Positions 1-8,432 of a stretch of DNA of 32,000 nt are shown here, in pieces (the stretch's first letter is position 1; every line of letters begins with the position of its first letter). The notes beneath the pieces are model-generated. The model made no database searches. It had not been told where the DNA came from and saw nothing but the letters and a program-made list of their open reading frames with translations. Position numbers and translations under genes: made by a program. Origin of the DNA: Cylindrospermopsis raciborskii Cr2010 (GTDB lineage: Bacteria > Cyanobacteriota > Cyanobacteriia > Cyanobacteriales > Nostocaceae); NCBI RefSeq assembly GCF_003367075.2, contig NZ_CP065936.1, forward strand, positions 1,530,001-1,562,000, written 5' to 3'.

Positions 1-318
1 CATTGTATTGCTCATGGTATTAATATGAGTACAGCCATGCAAAATCAAAAAGCTGCTGTGGATTCAGGAAGATGGTTATTATATCGTTATCATCCTGAAC
101 GATTGCTACAGGGATTAAACCCTCTACAGCTTGATTCTCGCCACCCCAGAATACCTGTAGAAAATTCCATGTATATGGAAAATAGGTTCAAAATGCTCAC
201 CAAAATTAATCCTGGAAGAGCTAAGGATTTACTCCAATCCGCTCAAGAAGATGTGAATACTCGCTGGCAAATGTATCAGTATTTAGCTGCTAGAAAATTC
301 TCAGAACAACAAGAATAA
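1..318 (+). CDS. nifJ: Pyruvate:ferredoxin (flavodoxin) oxidoreductase, C-terminal end (5' end outside window)
   Basis: Frame is open from base 1 (HCIAHGINMSTAMQNQKAAVDSGRWLLYRYHPERLLQGLNPLQLDS...). This is characteristic of the PFOR C-terminus. The ATG at 25 is internal. Confidence 0.9.
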   Translation, partial: HCIAHGINMSTAMQNQKAAVDSGRWLLYRYHPERLLQGLNPLQLDSRHPRIPVENSMYMENRFKMLTKINPGRAKDLLQSAQEDVNTRWQMYQYLAARKFSEQQE

Positions 319-330
319 CACATACCCATT

Positions 331-1377
331 ATGAACCTGACTACCAACTATTTAGGAATGGAATTAAAATCACCCCTTGTACCTTCTGCTTCTCCTCTTT
401 CTCAAGAGGTGGATAACATCAAATTGATGGAAGATGCGGGTGCGGGTGCTGTGGTGATGCACTCACTATTTGAAGAACAGTTGACTTTGGAAAAATATGA
501 ACTCCATCATCATCTTACCTATGGAACAGAAAGTTTTGCAGAAGCGTTGACCTATTTTCCTGAACCAGCAGATTTTCGCGTTGGACCACAAGAATATTTA
601 GAACATATTCGCACAGCTAAGGAGCAAGTCAATATTCCCATCATTGCCAGTTTAAACGGTTTCTCTCCTGGTGGGTGGACAGAATATGGCCAACTGATGC
701 AGCAAGCAGGAGCATCTGCACTGGAATTAAATATCTACTATGTTCCTACCAATCCAGATTTAACCAGTGCGGAAGTAGAACAGAATTATATTGATATTCT
801 CCAGTCAGTCAAAAAATCGGTGACAATTCCCGTTTCCGTCAAACTCAGTCCCTATTTTACTAATACTGCTAATATGGCAAAACGTTTAGACCGTACTGGA
901 GCTGATGGACTGGTCTTATTTAATCGGTTTTATCAACCTGACATTAATTTAGAAACCCTAGAGGTTGAACCCCAGGTTCTTTTAAGTACGCCCCAAGCCA
1001 TGCGGTTACCCCTGCGCTGGATAGCGATCCTCTATGGTCATATTCATGGTAGTCTTGCTGCAACTAGTGGTATTCACAATGCTCAGGATATCATTAAAAT
1101 GCTTATGGTGGGTGCAAGTACAACTATGCTCTGCTCTGTAATTTTGCGAAATGGAATTAATTACCTTAAATCATTACAGGAGGATGTGATTAAATGGATG
1201 GAGACCCACGAATACGAATCCGTTAGACAAATGCAAGGTACCATGAGTCAGCTCAACTGTCCTGATCCTACCGCTTTTGAAAGGGCTCAATATATGAAAG
1301 TTTTGCAAAGTTATCAACCGGGATCGGAAAAAAAAGATACAAATCTCAACGCAGATAAGTTAATTGGTCACAGATAA
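331..1377 (+). CDS. Dihydroorotate dehydrogenase-like FMN-binding TIM-barrel protein
   Basis: 348-aa ORF; N-terminal MNLTTNYLGMELKSPLVPSASPLSQEVDNIKLMEDAGAGAVVMHSLFEEQ and motifs ASLNGFSPGGW, ALELNIYY, SVKLSPYF. It starts 12 nt after the nifJ stop, so probably cotranscribed. Confidence 0.88.
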   Translation: MNLTTNYLGMELKSPLVPSASPLSQEVDNIKLMEDAGAGAVVMHSLFEEQLTLEKYELHHHLTYGTESFAEALTYFPEPADFRVGPQEYLEHIRTAKEQVNIPIIASLNGFSPGGWTEYGQLMQQAGASALELNIYYVPTNPDLTSAEVEQNYIDILQSVKKSVTIPVSVKLSPYFTNTANMAKRLDRTGADGLVLFNRFYQPDINLETLEVEPQVLLSTPQAMRLPLRWIAILYGHIHGSLAATSGIHNAQDIIKMLMVGASTTMLCSVILRNGINYLKSLQEDVIKWMETHEYESVRQMQGTMSQLNCPDPTAFERAQYMKVLQSYQPGSEKKDTNLNADKLIGHR

Positions 1378-1416
1378 TAAGTCACTGGTATTAAGAAATT
1401 TAAGGTAGTTAGTAAT

Positions 1417-2529
1417 ATGAAACGCATTGGTATCCTCACAAGTGGTGGAGACTGTCCGGGGTTAAATTGTGTGATTCGCGCAGTCGTAAGTCACGCCATA
1501 CTAACATATAATTGGGAAGTGGTTGGCATTCCTTATGCTACCCAAGGGTTACAGCAAAGACAAACTATCCCCTTAAGTATACATGGTTGGAATTTACGGG
1601 GAATAGATCCTTTATTGAATATGGGGGGAACAATTTTAGGTAGTATTAATGAGGGAGATACCCTTGCTGCTGCTGGAGAAATTTTGTCCGGTTATGAAGC
1701 TTTGGGTTTGGATGCTCTAATTGCTGTAGGTGGAGATGGAAGTTTGAAAATCATCCATGAACTGGCTACCATGGGGAATTGGCATTTAGTTGGTATTCCT
1801 AAAACCATTGATAATGATGTGGCTTTGACCGAACGTTCTATAGGTTTTGACACAGCAGTTAATACTATTGTGGATGCCATCAACTGTCTCACATTCACTG
1901 CTGCTAGTCATGATCGGGTAATGATTGTAGAGGTTATGGGACGCACTGCTGGTCATTTAGCTCTCCATTCTGGGATTGCTGGTGGTGCGGATGTAATCTT
2001 AATTCCGGAAATACCATATACCATTCAGGGTATTTGTGACCATTTGAATGAACTTCGAGATACTTGGAAAAGGAAATTTGCCATTGTGGTGGTTGCTGAA
2101 GGTGCTACACTCTGTTCAGAAGATTTAAATAATGGTCATAGGGTGACTGTGGAGAATATACCAGATGCTAACATTGGATCTGCCAAATGTGGTCGTGGTC
2201 AATATGTTGCAGCACAAATTTCCAATTTTGCCCATGGTTTCGATACCAGGGTTTCTGTACTAGGTCATATTCAAAGGGGTGGTATTCCCTCCGCTCTAGA
2301 CCGTCTAGTTGCTACCGCTTTTGGTAAAACCGCAGTGGATTTAGTTGCTCAAGGGAAAAATCATCAAATGTTGGCCTGGCAAAATGGCAAAGTTACAAGT
2401 ATTCCCATCGAAAGTTCTTTGAATCAAAGTCCTCAGCTTGTAGATCCAAAATCAGATTTGGTAGAGATTGCTCATGCTTTAGGTATATATGTAGGACTTA
2501 CTGAAAAAATGACTAAGGTTTTAGTTTAG
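1417..2529 (+). CDS. pfkA: ATP-dependent 6-phosphofructokinase
   Basis: 370 aa; RIGILTSGGDCPGLNCVIRAVV, GGDGSLKI, PKTIDNDVALTERSIGFDTAV, EVMGRTAGHLAL, LGHIQRGG. Confidence 0.95.
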   Translation: MKRIGILTSGGDCPGLNCVIRAVVSHAILTYNWEVVGIPYATQGLQQRQTIPLSIHGWNLRGIDPLLNMGGTILGSINEGDTLAAAGEILSGYEALGLDALIAVGGDGSLKIIHELATMGNWHLVGIPKTIDNDVALTERSIGFDTAVNTIVDAINCLTFTAASHDRVMIVEVMGRTAGHLALHSGIAGGADVILIPEIPYTIQGICDHLNELRDTWKRKFAIVVVAEGATLCSEDLNNGHRVTVENIPDANIGSAKCGRGQYVAAQISNFAHGFDTRVSVLGHIQRGGIPSALDRLVATAFGKTAVDLVAQGKNHQMLAWQNGKVTSIPIESSLNQSPQLVDPKSDLVEIAHALGIYVGLTEKMTKVLV

Positions 2530-5500
2530 GAAATTCATGGGGGAGGAATCTCCCCTAATCACCATGCTCATACTACTTAACAAATCGCTGGCACTATAGG
2601 GTTTTAGCAAAACTCCTTGTATTTTCATGTTAGCAGATTTTGGAATTGCTTCTATAGTGGATATTCCACTGCAAGCAATTATCTTCACCAATGGATTAAT
2701 CTTTTTCATGGCTTGAATAGTAGCGATGCCATCTATCTTTGGCATCATTATGTCCATTAAAACTACACTGATATCTTGTTTATATTGACCATAAATGGCG
2801 ATCGCCTCCATACCATTACTAGCAGTGAGGGTGTCATAATTGTGGGTTTCTAAAATCATCCTAGTCACATCCCGAATTTGTGGTTCATCATCCACTATTA
2901 AAATCAATTCCCCTCTTCCTATTTCTGTGGGTAATTCTTGGGGAAGGGGGGGGTGTGGAGCTTCTATGGATGGTAGAAACACTTCAAATTTACTTCCTTG
3001 TCCCTGTTCGGTATAGAATTGCAGGTGACCATTATGCTTTTGAATAATTCTAGAGACTATGGATAAACCTATGCCAGATCCCACACCATTTTGTTTAGTG
3101 GTAAAAAATGGTTCAAAGATCTTATCTGCTACTGCTCGTGACATTCCTATTCCCGTATCAATGATGGTAATGACAATATAGTGTCCCTGTTGTAATTTTT
3201 CGTTTATCAGATTATTCCCATCAATAAAAGTATTTTCCGCTGCTATAGTTAGCACTCCTCCCGATGGCATAGCATTGAGAGCATTAACCACTAAATTTAT
3301 CATTATCTGATACAATTCGGTACTATCTCCAAACACAGTGGACAGATTATTAGCTATTTTAGTTTTCAACTTAATGGACTTAGGAAAAGTGTGTTTAGCA
3401 AGGTTAACAATTTCTAAAATTAGGTGTTTAATTTGCACAATTGTCCATTCATTACTTGCTCCTTTTGCAAAAGAGAAAACTTGTTTAACCAAGGAAGAAG
3501 CTCGTGTAGCATTGTCCTCAATCATGGTCAACAATTGGGGATGGGTAATATGGTCTTGGAGAGATTTACGTTTGAGCAGTTGAGCTGAGCCTAAAATAGG
3601 TGTCAATATATTATTTAAATCGTGGGCAATACCACAAGCTAAAGTGCCAATGCTTTCTAGTCTCTGGGTGCGTAAAAATTGCTCTTCTAGTTGTTTTTTA
3701 TCTGTGATGTCTGTATCCACAATCAAAATAGATTTTGGTTGTCCATCTCCATCAAACATGAGTGTCCAACGACTCTCAACTGTCACCTGTTCTCCGGATT
3801 TTTTGTATTTGCGTAATACTCCTTGCCAACTTCCCGATCTAACCACAGCTTTTAGGGCAATTACCTCTTGTTTCATCGCTGTTTTTTGACAAAATAAATC
3901 CCTCAGATGTTTACCTATGGCTTCTTCCTTAGTCCAACCATATATCCTGAGCGCTCCCTGATTCCAAAATAATATCTCAGTCTGAAAATCTCTCACAAAA
4001 ATAGCATCAGTGGCAATATCTAGTAGAGCTGCTTGTTCATAGAGTTTTTGTTCTTTTTGTTTGTAGGCGGATATATCTTGCACTGTGCCAATCATGCGGG
4101 TAGCTTCCCCTTTTTCGTTACAGAAAACCTGTGCCGTGCTAGTTAACCAGTGTAAACTACCATCGGGCCAAATAGCACGAAATTCAATGGTAAATCCGCT
4201 TTTTTTATCTAGGGCTATCGTTAATTTATTACTTAAAACTTCTGCGTCTTCTGGATGAATTAACTTGAGTAAATCTTCATAACAGGATGGAGATATAGTA
4301 CCTCTTGGCAGTCCGTACATTGGCCCAACACTTTCAGACCACATATAGTCCTTAGTGATTAAATTCCAATCCCATATACCCATTTTGGCAACTTCTAGGG
4401 CTAAGGTCAGTCTCGTTTCACTTTCTCGTAGTGCTATTTCTGTTTTTTGATGTTGTCTGATTTCTGCTTGCAAGGTTTGATTCAGTTGCACCAATTCTTC
4501 TGTACGTTTTGCTACTCTCTGTTCCAAATCCTCCGCTGCTCTGGTCAACACTTCCTCGGCTTTTTTGCGATCGCTAATATTGTTAATTAACCAGATCCAA
4601 CTATGTTCTTTTTTATGGGGATCGTATATGCCAACTATTTTCACACTAGCTGGAAAAAGTTTTCCTTTTCTTGGTTGCAGGTAAATTTCTTGCTCTGGTG
4701 ATTCTTGTTGTGGTTGAAAATCTGCTATTTGGCAAGTGAATTGCTGACGATATTTTGGAGCAATAAAGACTATGATTGGTTTACCTATTAGGTATTGTTT
4801 TTCTACGGAAAGTAAGGTTGATGCGGTTCGGTTGGCATTTTTAATTATGCCCACTTTGTCAGTTACCAAGTAACAATAGGGTGTAAGTTCAAATAATTGA
4901 TGATAGCGGTTTCTTTCCAATTCAGCTAACTCATGGGCAATTACTAATTGTTGATTTTGTTGTCTGAGTTCTTCTTCTATAATTTGTAATTCTTCTATGG
5001 TTTGCTGGAATTCTTCTTGAATATTGACTTGCTCAATTTTATCCTCTGTTAATCTCTGGATAGCATTAGCATCTTTTCCAGGATCCAGTTGTTTCCACAA
5101 CACACTTTGTCTGATAATTCCTACAACTTTACCCTGATCATCTATTACTGGTAAATGATCTATTTCATTCCTGCTAAAGGTTGATACTAAAGTTCCAATA
5201 TTTAGTACATTTGATATATTTGACAGTTTGAGTGTGGTGACTGGTTGGGTCATCACTTCTACAATTTTCGTTTCAGCAAGATTGCTACCACTAGCAACTA
5301 CTCTGGCCAAATCTGTTAAAGTGAATATTCCTAATAGCTTTTTGTCTGTTTGGATTAAAACGTAGCCAGTTACCTCCCATTTCGTGTCACTGTCTGTATA
5401 ACAATTTCCAGACTGAGGAAATTGGGATCCAGGATGTCCATGGTTCCGTTTCTGGTTCATTAAAACAACTGCGTCTAATACGGAAGTGTCAGGACTGATC

Positions 5501-5613
5501 AATAAGGGCTGAGGATCCATAACCTGATACACATCTAAATCCGTATCCCTGGTAGAATCTAAACTTATCTGCTCAATTCGCTGGTCCTGGGAAAAATCGG
5601 GAGGTGGATACAT
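2521..5613 (-). CDS. Hybrid sensor histidine kinase: CBS pair, several PAS domains, HisKA/HATPase_c, C-terminal receiver
   Basis: 1030 aa; CBS-like DVYQVMDPQPLLISPDTSVLDAV / VEVMTQPV...DHLPVIDDQGKVVGII; PAS/PAC segments; H-box GTLACGIAHDLNNILTPIL; N/G boxes NLVVNALNAM, DTGIGMS, GSGIGLS; receiver LIVDDEPQIRDVTR...VVLMDIMMPKIDG...LLKPYS. Confidence 0.9.
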   Translation of the reverse strand: MYPPPDFSQDQRIEQISLDSTRDTDLDVYQVMDPQPLLISPDTSVLDAVVLMNQKRNHGHPGSQFPQSGNCYTDSDTKWEVTGYVLIQTDKKLLGIFTLTDLARVVASGSNLAETKIVEVMTQPVTTLKLSNISNVLNIGTLVSTFSRNEIDHLPVIDDQGKVVGIIRQSVLWKQLDPGKDANAIQRLTEDKIEQVNIQEEFQQTIEELQIIEEELRQQNQQLVIAHELAELERNRYHQLFELTPYCYLVTDKVGIIKNANRTASTLLSVEKQYLIGKPIIVFIAPKYRQQFTCQIADFQPQQESPEQEIYLQPRKGKLFPASVKIVGIYDPHKKEHSWIWLINNISDRKKAEEVLTRAAEDLEQRVAKRTEELVQLNQTLQAEIRQHQKTEIALRESETRLTLALEVAKMGIWDWNLITKDYMWSESVGPMYGLPRGTISPSCYEDLLKLIHPEDAEVLSNKLTIALDKKSGFTIEFRAIWPDGSLHWLTSTAQVFCNEKGEATRMIGTVQDISAYKQKEQKLYEQAALLDIATDAIFVRDFQTEILFWNQGALRIYGWTKEEAIGKHLRDLFCQKTAMKQEVIALKAVVRSGSWQGVLRKYKKSGEQVTVESRWTLMFDGDGQPKSILIVDTDITDKKQLEEQFLRTQRLESIGTLACGIAHDLNNILTPILGSAQLLKRKSLQDHITHPQLLTMIEDNATRASSLVKQVFSFAKGASNEWTIVQIKHLILEIVNLAKHTFPKSIKLKTKIANNLSTVFGDSTELYQIMINLVVNALNAMPSGGVLTIAAENTFIDGNNLINEKLQQGHYIVITIIDTGIGMSRAVADKIFEPFFTTKQNGVGSGIGLSIVSRIIQKHNGHLQFYTEQGQGSKFEVFLPSIEAPHPPLPQELPTEIGRGELILIVDDEPQIRDVTRMILETHNYDTLTASNGMEAIAIYGQYKQDISVVLMDIMMPKIDGIATIQAMKKINPLVKIIACSGISTIEAIPKSANMKIQGVLLKPYSASDLLSSMSMVIRGDSSPMNFLN

Positions 5614-5676
5614 TGGGAGATAAGAACTTGGATCTAAAAAGTGGATGAAGAACTTGAGGATGATTTTGTTCCCCAG

Positions 5677-5709
5677 ATATCCCTAAATTTTTCCAGAATT
5701 TAGGGATAT
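5677..5709. promoter_or_regulatory. Perfect 13-bp inverted repeat (hairpin) in the ppsA/kinase gap
   Basis: ATATCCCTAAATT-(7 nt)-AATTTAGGGATAT. No clear U-tract on either strand, so terminator function is unproven. Confidence 0.5.
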
Positions 5710-5743
5710 GGTAGATTTTTCTAGTTTGAGCCACTGTTCAACC

Positions 5744-8185
5744 TTACATCATACCTTCTGCTGATGCAATCTCTAACATGGTTTTAATTACAGAATCAGG
5801 GTTAAGACTGATAGAATCAATGCCCAACTCCACCAAAAACCTGGCAAACTCTGGATAGTCGCTGGGAGCTTGACCACAAATACCAATTTTTCGATTACAC
5901 TCCTTAGCAGTGGCGATCGCTTTTCTAATGGTACGTTTTACTGCTTCATTACGTTCATCAAACAAATGGGCAACCAACTCAGAATCCCTATCTAGTCCTA
6001 GGGTTAACTGAGTCAAGTCGTTAGACCCAATAGAAAAACCATCAAAAACTTGACTATATTCATCCGCGAGCATCACATTACTGGGTAGTTCGCACATCAC
6101 ATAGACTTCTAAACCATTTTCTCCACGAACCAAACCATGTTTTGCCATTTCTTCCAACACCCGTCTTCCCTCTTGGGGGGTGCGACAGAAGGGAACCATG
6201 AGTATTACATTGGTTAAGCCCATATTATCTCGCACTTGTTTCATAGCTTTACATTCTAGTGCGAAACCTTCCCGGTAACGGGGATCGTAGTACCGAGAAG
6301 CACCACGCCACCCAATCATGGGGTTTTCTTCCTTGGGTTCAAATTGTCTACCACCTAAAAGATTAGCATACTCATTACTCTTGAAGTCAGATAACCTAAC
6401 TATTACTGGTTTAGGGTAGAATGCAGCAGCAATTGTGCCAATACCTGCGGCCAATTTGGTAATGAAAAATTCCGCTTTGTTCTCATATTGGGCAGTTAAT
6501 TCCCCTATCTTATGTTTGGTCAGTTCATCTTCTAGTTCGTCAAAGTGTAACAGTGCTAATGGATGAGCTTTGATGTGGTTAGCAATAATAAATTCCATCC
6601 TAGCTAAACCCACCCCATCATTGGGAATAGCAGTTAAACCCAAAGCTTCCTCTGGGTTACCCACATTCATCATAATTTTGGTGCGGGTACGAGGTAAATT
6701 ATCCAAAGGTAATTCTTGGATGGCAAAGTTTAATAATCCTGCGTAGACCTTACCTGTTTCACCTTCAGCACAACTGATGGTAATTTCCTGTCCTGTTTTC
6801 AAAACTGTTGTCGCATTTCCACAACCAACTATAGCTGGAATGCCCATTTCCCTGGCGATAATTGCCGCATGACAGGTTCTACCACCGGAATTGGTCACGA
6901 TGGCACTGGCCTTCTTCATAATCGGTTCCCAATCCGGATCAGTACGATTAGTGACTAACACTTCTCCGGATTGAAACATTCCAATCTGATGAACGTCAAG
7001 AATTACTCTAGCTTGACCCTGACCAATCATTTCCCCCACACTACGTCCTGTTAATAAGACATCACCCCTTTCTTGTAATTGGTAACTTCTAAGAACAGTT
7101 TTAGATTTTTGTGATTGTACGGTTTCAGGTCTCGCTTGCACGATAAATAGTTCTCCCGTAATGCCATCCTTTGCCCATTCTATGTCCATAGGTGTTGCAG
7201 TACCACGCACTTGGGAATAATGGTCTTCAATAATGCAGGCCCAATTTGCTAATTGTAATATTTCATCGTCGTTTAAAGCAAATTTATTCCTCTGTGCTGG
7301 AGATACAGAAACGTTTTTGGTGAGTTTGGTTCCACCTAAATCGTAGACCATTTTAATTTCTTTGGTTCCCAAACGTTTTTGCAGAATGGGTTTATACCCC
7401 TGTTTTAAGGTGGGTTTAAATACTAAGTATTCATCTGGATTAACAGCACCTTGCACCACATTCTCACCTAGTCCATAAGCTGCAGTAATTAAAGCTGCGT
7501 CTTTGAAACCGGTCTCCGTATCAATGGAGAACATCACTCCAGAACTTGCTAGATCTGAACGTACCATTTTTTGCACCCCTACTGATAGAGCAACCTCAAA
7601 GTGGTCAAACCCCTTCAGTTGTCTATAAGAAATTGCTCGATCAGTAAAGATAGAGGCAAAACATCTATGGCAAGCATCCAGAACACCTTTAATTCCATGA
7701 ACATTTAGGTAGGTTTCTTGTTGACCCGCAAAACTGGCATCAGGTAAATCCTCGGCGGTTGCGCTGGAACGTACCGCCACATCAAGATTAGCACCATATT
7801 CTTGACACAGGGTCTGATAGGAACGGGCGATCGCCTCTTGTAATTCTACGGGGAATGGGGTTTCTAGCATCAGGGATCTAGCTTGTTTACCACATTGGTG
7901 TAAATTTTCAACATCATCTACATCCAAATTAGCAAAAATGCTTCTGAGTTTAGTTTCGAGTCCTGCAGTCGCGATAAAATATCTGTAAGCATAAGCGGTA
8001 GTGGCAAATCCCGTGGGAACTTTCACCCCTTGTTTAGTTAACTGTTGGATCATTTCCCCTAGGGAAGCATTTTTACCCCCCACAAAAGGAATATCCGCAA
8101 TGCCAACGGTATTAAATGGAAGAACTAATGCTCTTTCTTTATTCAGTTGAGTAGTTTCTTGATTGGTTTGGATTTGTTGCATCAT
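5744..8185 (-). CDS. ppsA: Phosphoenolpyruvate synthase
   Basis: 813 aa; FVGGKNASLGEM, VAVRSSATAEDLPDASFAGQQETYLNV, TNRTDPDWEPIMKKASAIVTNSGGRTCHAAIIAREMGIPAIVG, GSNDLTQLTLGLDRDS, CGQAPSD. Confidence 0.96.
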   Translation of the reverse strand: MMQQIQTNQETTQLNKERALVLPFNTVGIADIPFVGGKNASLGEMIQQLTKQGVKVPTGFATTAYAYRYFIATAGLETKLRSIFANLDVDDVENLHQCGKQARSLMLETPFPVELQEAIARSYQTLCQEYGANLDVAVRSSATAEDLPDASFAGQQETYLNVHGIKGVLDACHRCFASIFTDRAISYRQLKGFDHFEVALSVGVQKMVRSDLASSGVMFSIDTETGFKDAALITAAYGLGENVVQGAVNPDEYLVFKPTLKQGYKPILQKRLGTKEIKMVYDLGGTKLTKNVSVSPAQRNKFALNDDEILQLANWACIIEDHYSQVRGTATPMDIEWAKDGITGELFIVQARPETVQSQKSKTVLRSYQLQERGDVLLTGRSVGEMIGQGQARVILDVHQIGMFQSGEVLVTNRTDPDWEPIMKKASAIVTNSGGRTCHAAIIAREMGIPAIVGCGNATTVLKTGQEITISCAEGETGKVYAGLLNFAIQELPLDNLPRTRTKIMMNVGNPEEALGLTAIPNDGVGLARMEFIIANHIKAHPLALLHFDELEDELTKHKIGELTAQYENKAEFFITKLAAGIGTIAAAFYPKPVIVRLSDFKSNEYANLLGGRQFEPKEENPMIGWRGASRYYDPRYREGFALECKAMKQVRDNMGLTNVILMVPFCRTPQEGRRVLEEMAKHGLVRGENGLEVYVMCELPSNVMLADEYSQVFDGFSIGSNDLTQLTLGLDRDSELVAHLFDERNEAVKRTIRKAIATAKECNRKIGICGQAPSDYPEFARFLVELGIDSISLNPDSVIKTMLEIASAEGMM

Positions 8186-8235
8186 GATCTTGATTCCCTA
8201 GAAAACTACGAATAAGTGGGTGGGTGGAATTAAAT

Positions 8236-8323
8236 ATAAGATGAACGTAGGTTGGGTTGAAGTATGAAACCCAACGCCCGCATCGGTTAACCCATCCTAC
8301 AAATAATTGTGCCTCCCTACTTA
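8236..8323 (-). repeat. Dispersed intergenic palindromic repeat, copy 1 (88 bp)
   Basis: Shares 35 bp (8289..8323) and 16 bp (8236..8251) exactly, in reverse complement, with the copy at 24058..24124. The internal core is GTTGGGTTGAAGTATGAAACCCAAC. Confidence 0.8.
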
Positions 8324-8432
8324 TGTCAATTTAGCAGTGTTAATTTAGTGCTTCTGCGTTTTTATTTTGACAATTTCTTTTATAGAAAAAAAACTTGAGG
8401 AACTTGTGAGGAAAAAATTCATCTCAACTATC

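Noticed and set aside
3338-3889. Plus-strand ORFs of 81 aa (3338..3583 and 3644..3889)
   Set aside because: They are antisense shadow ORFs within the histidine kinase gene, with no family-like sequence.
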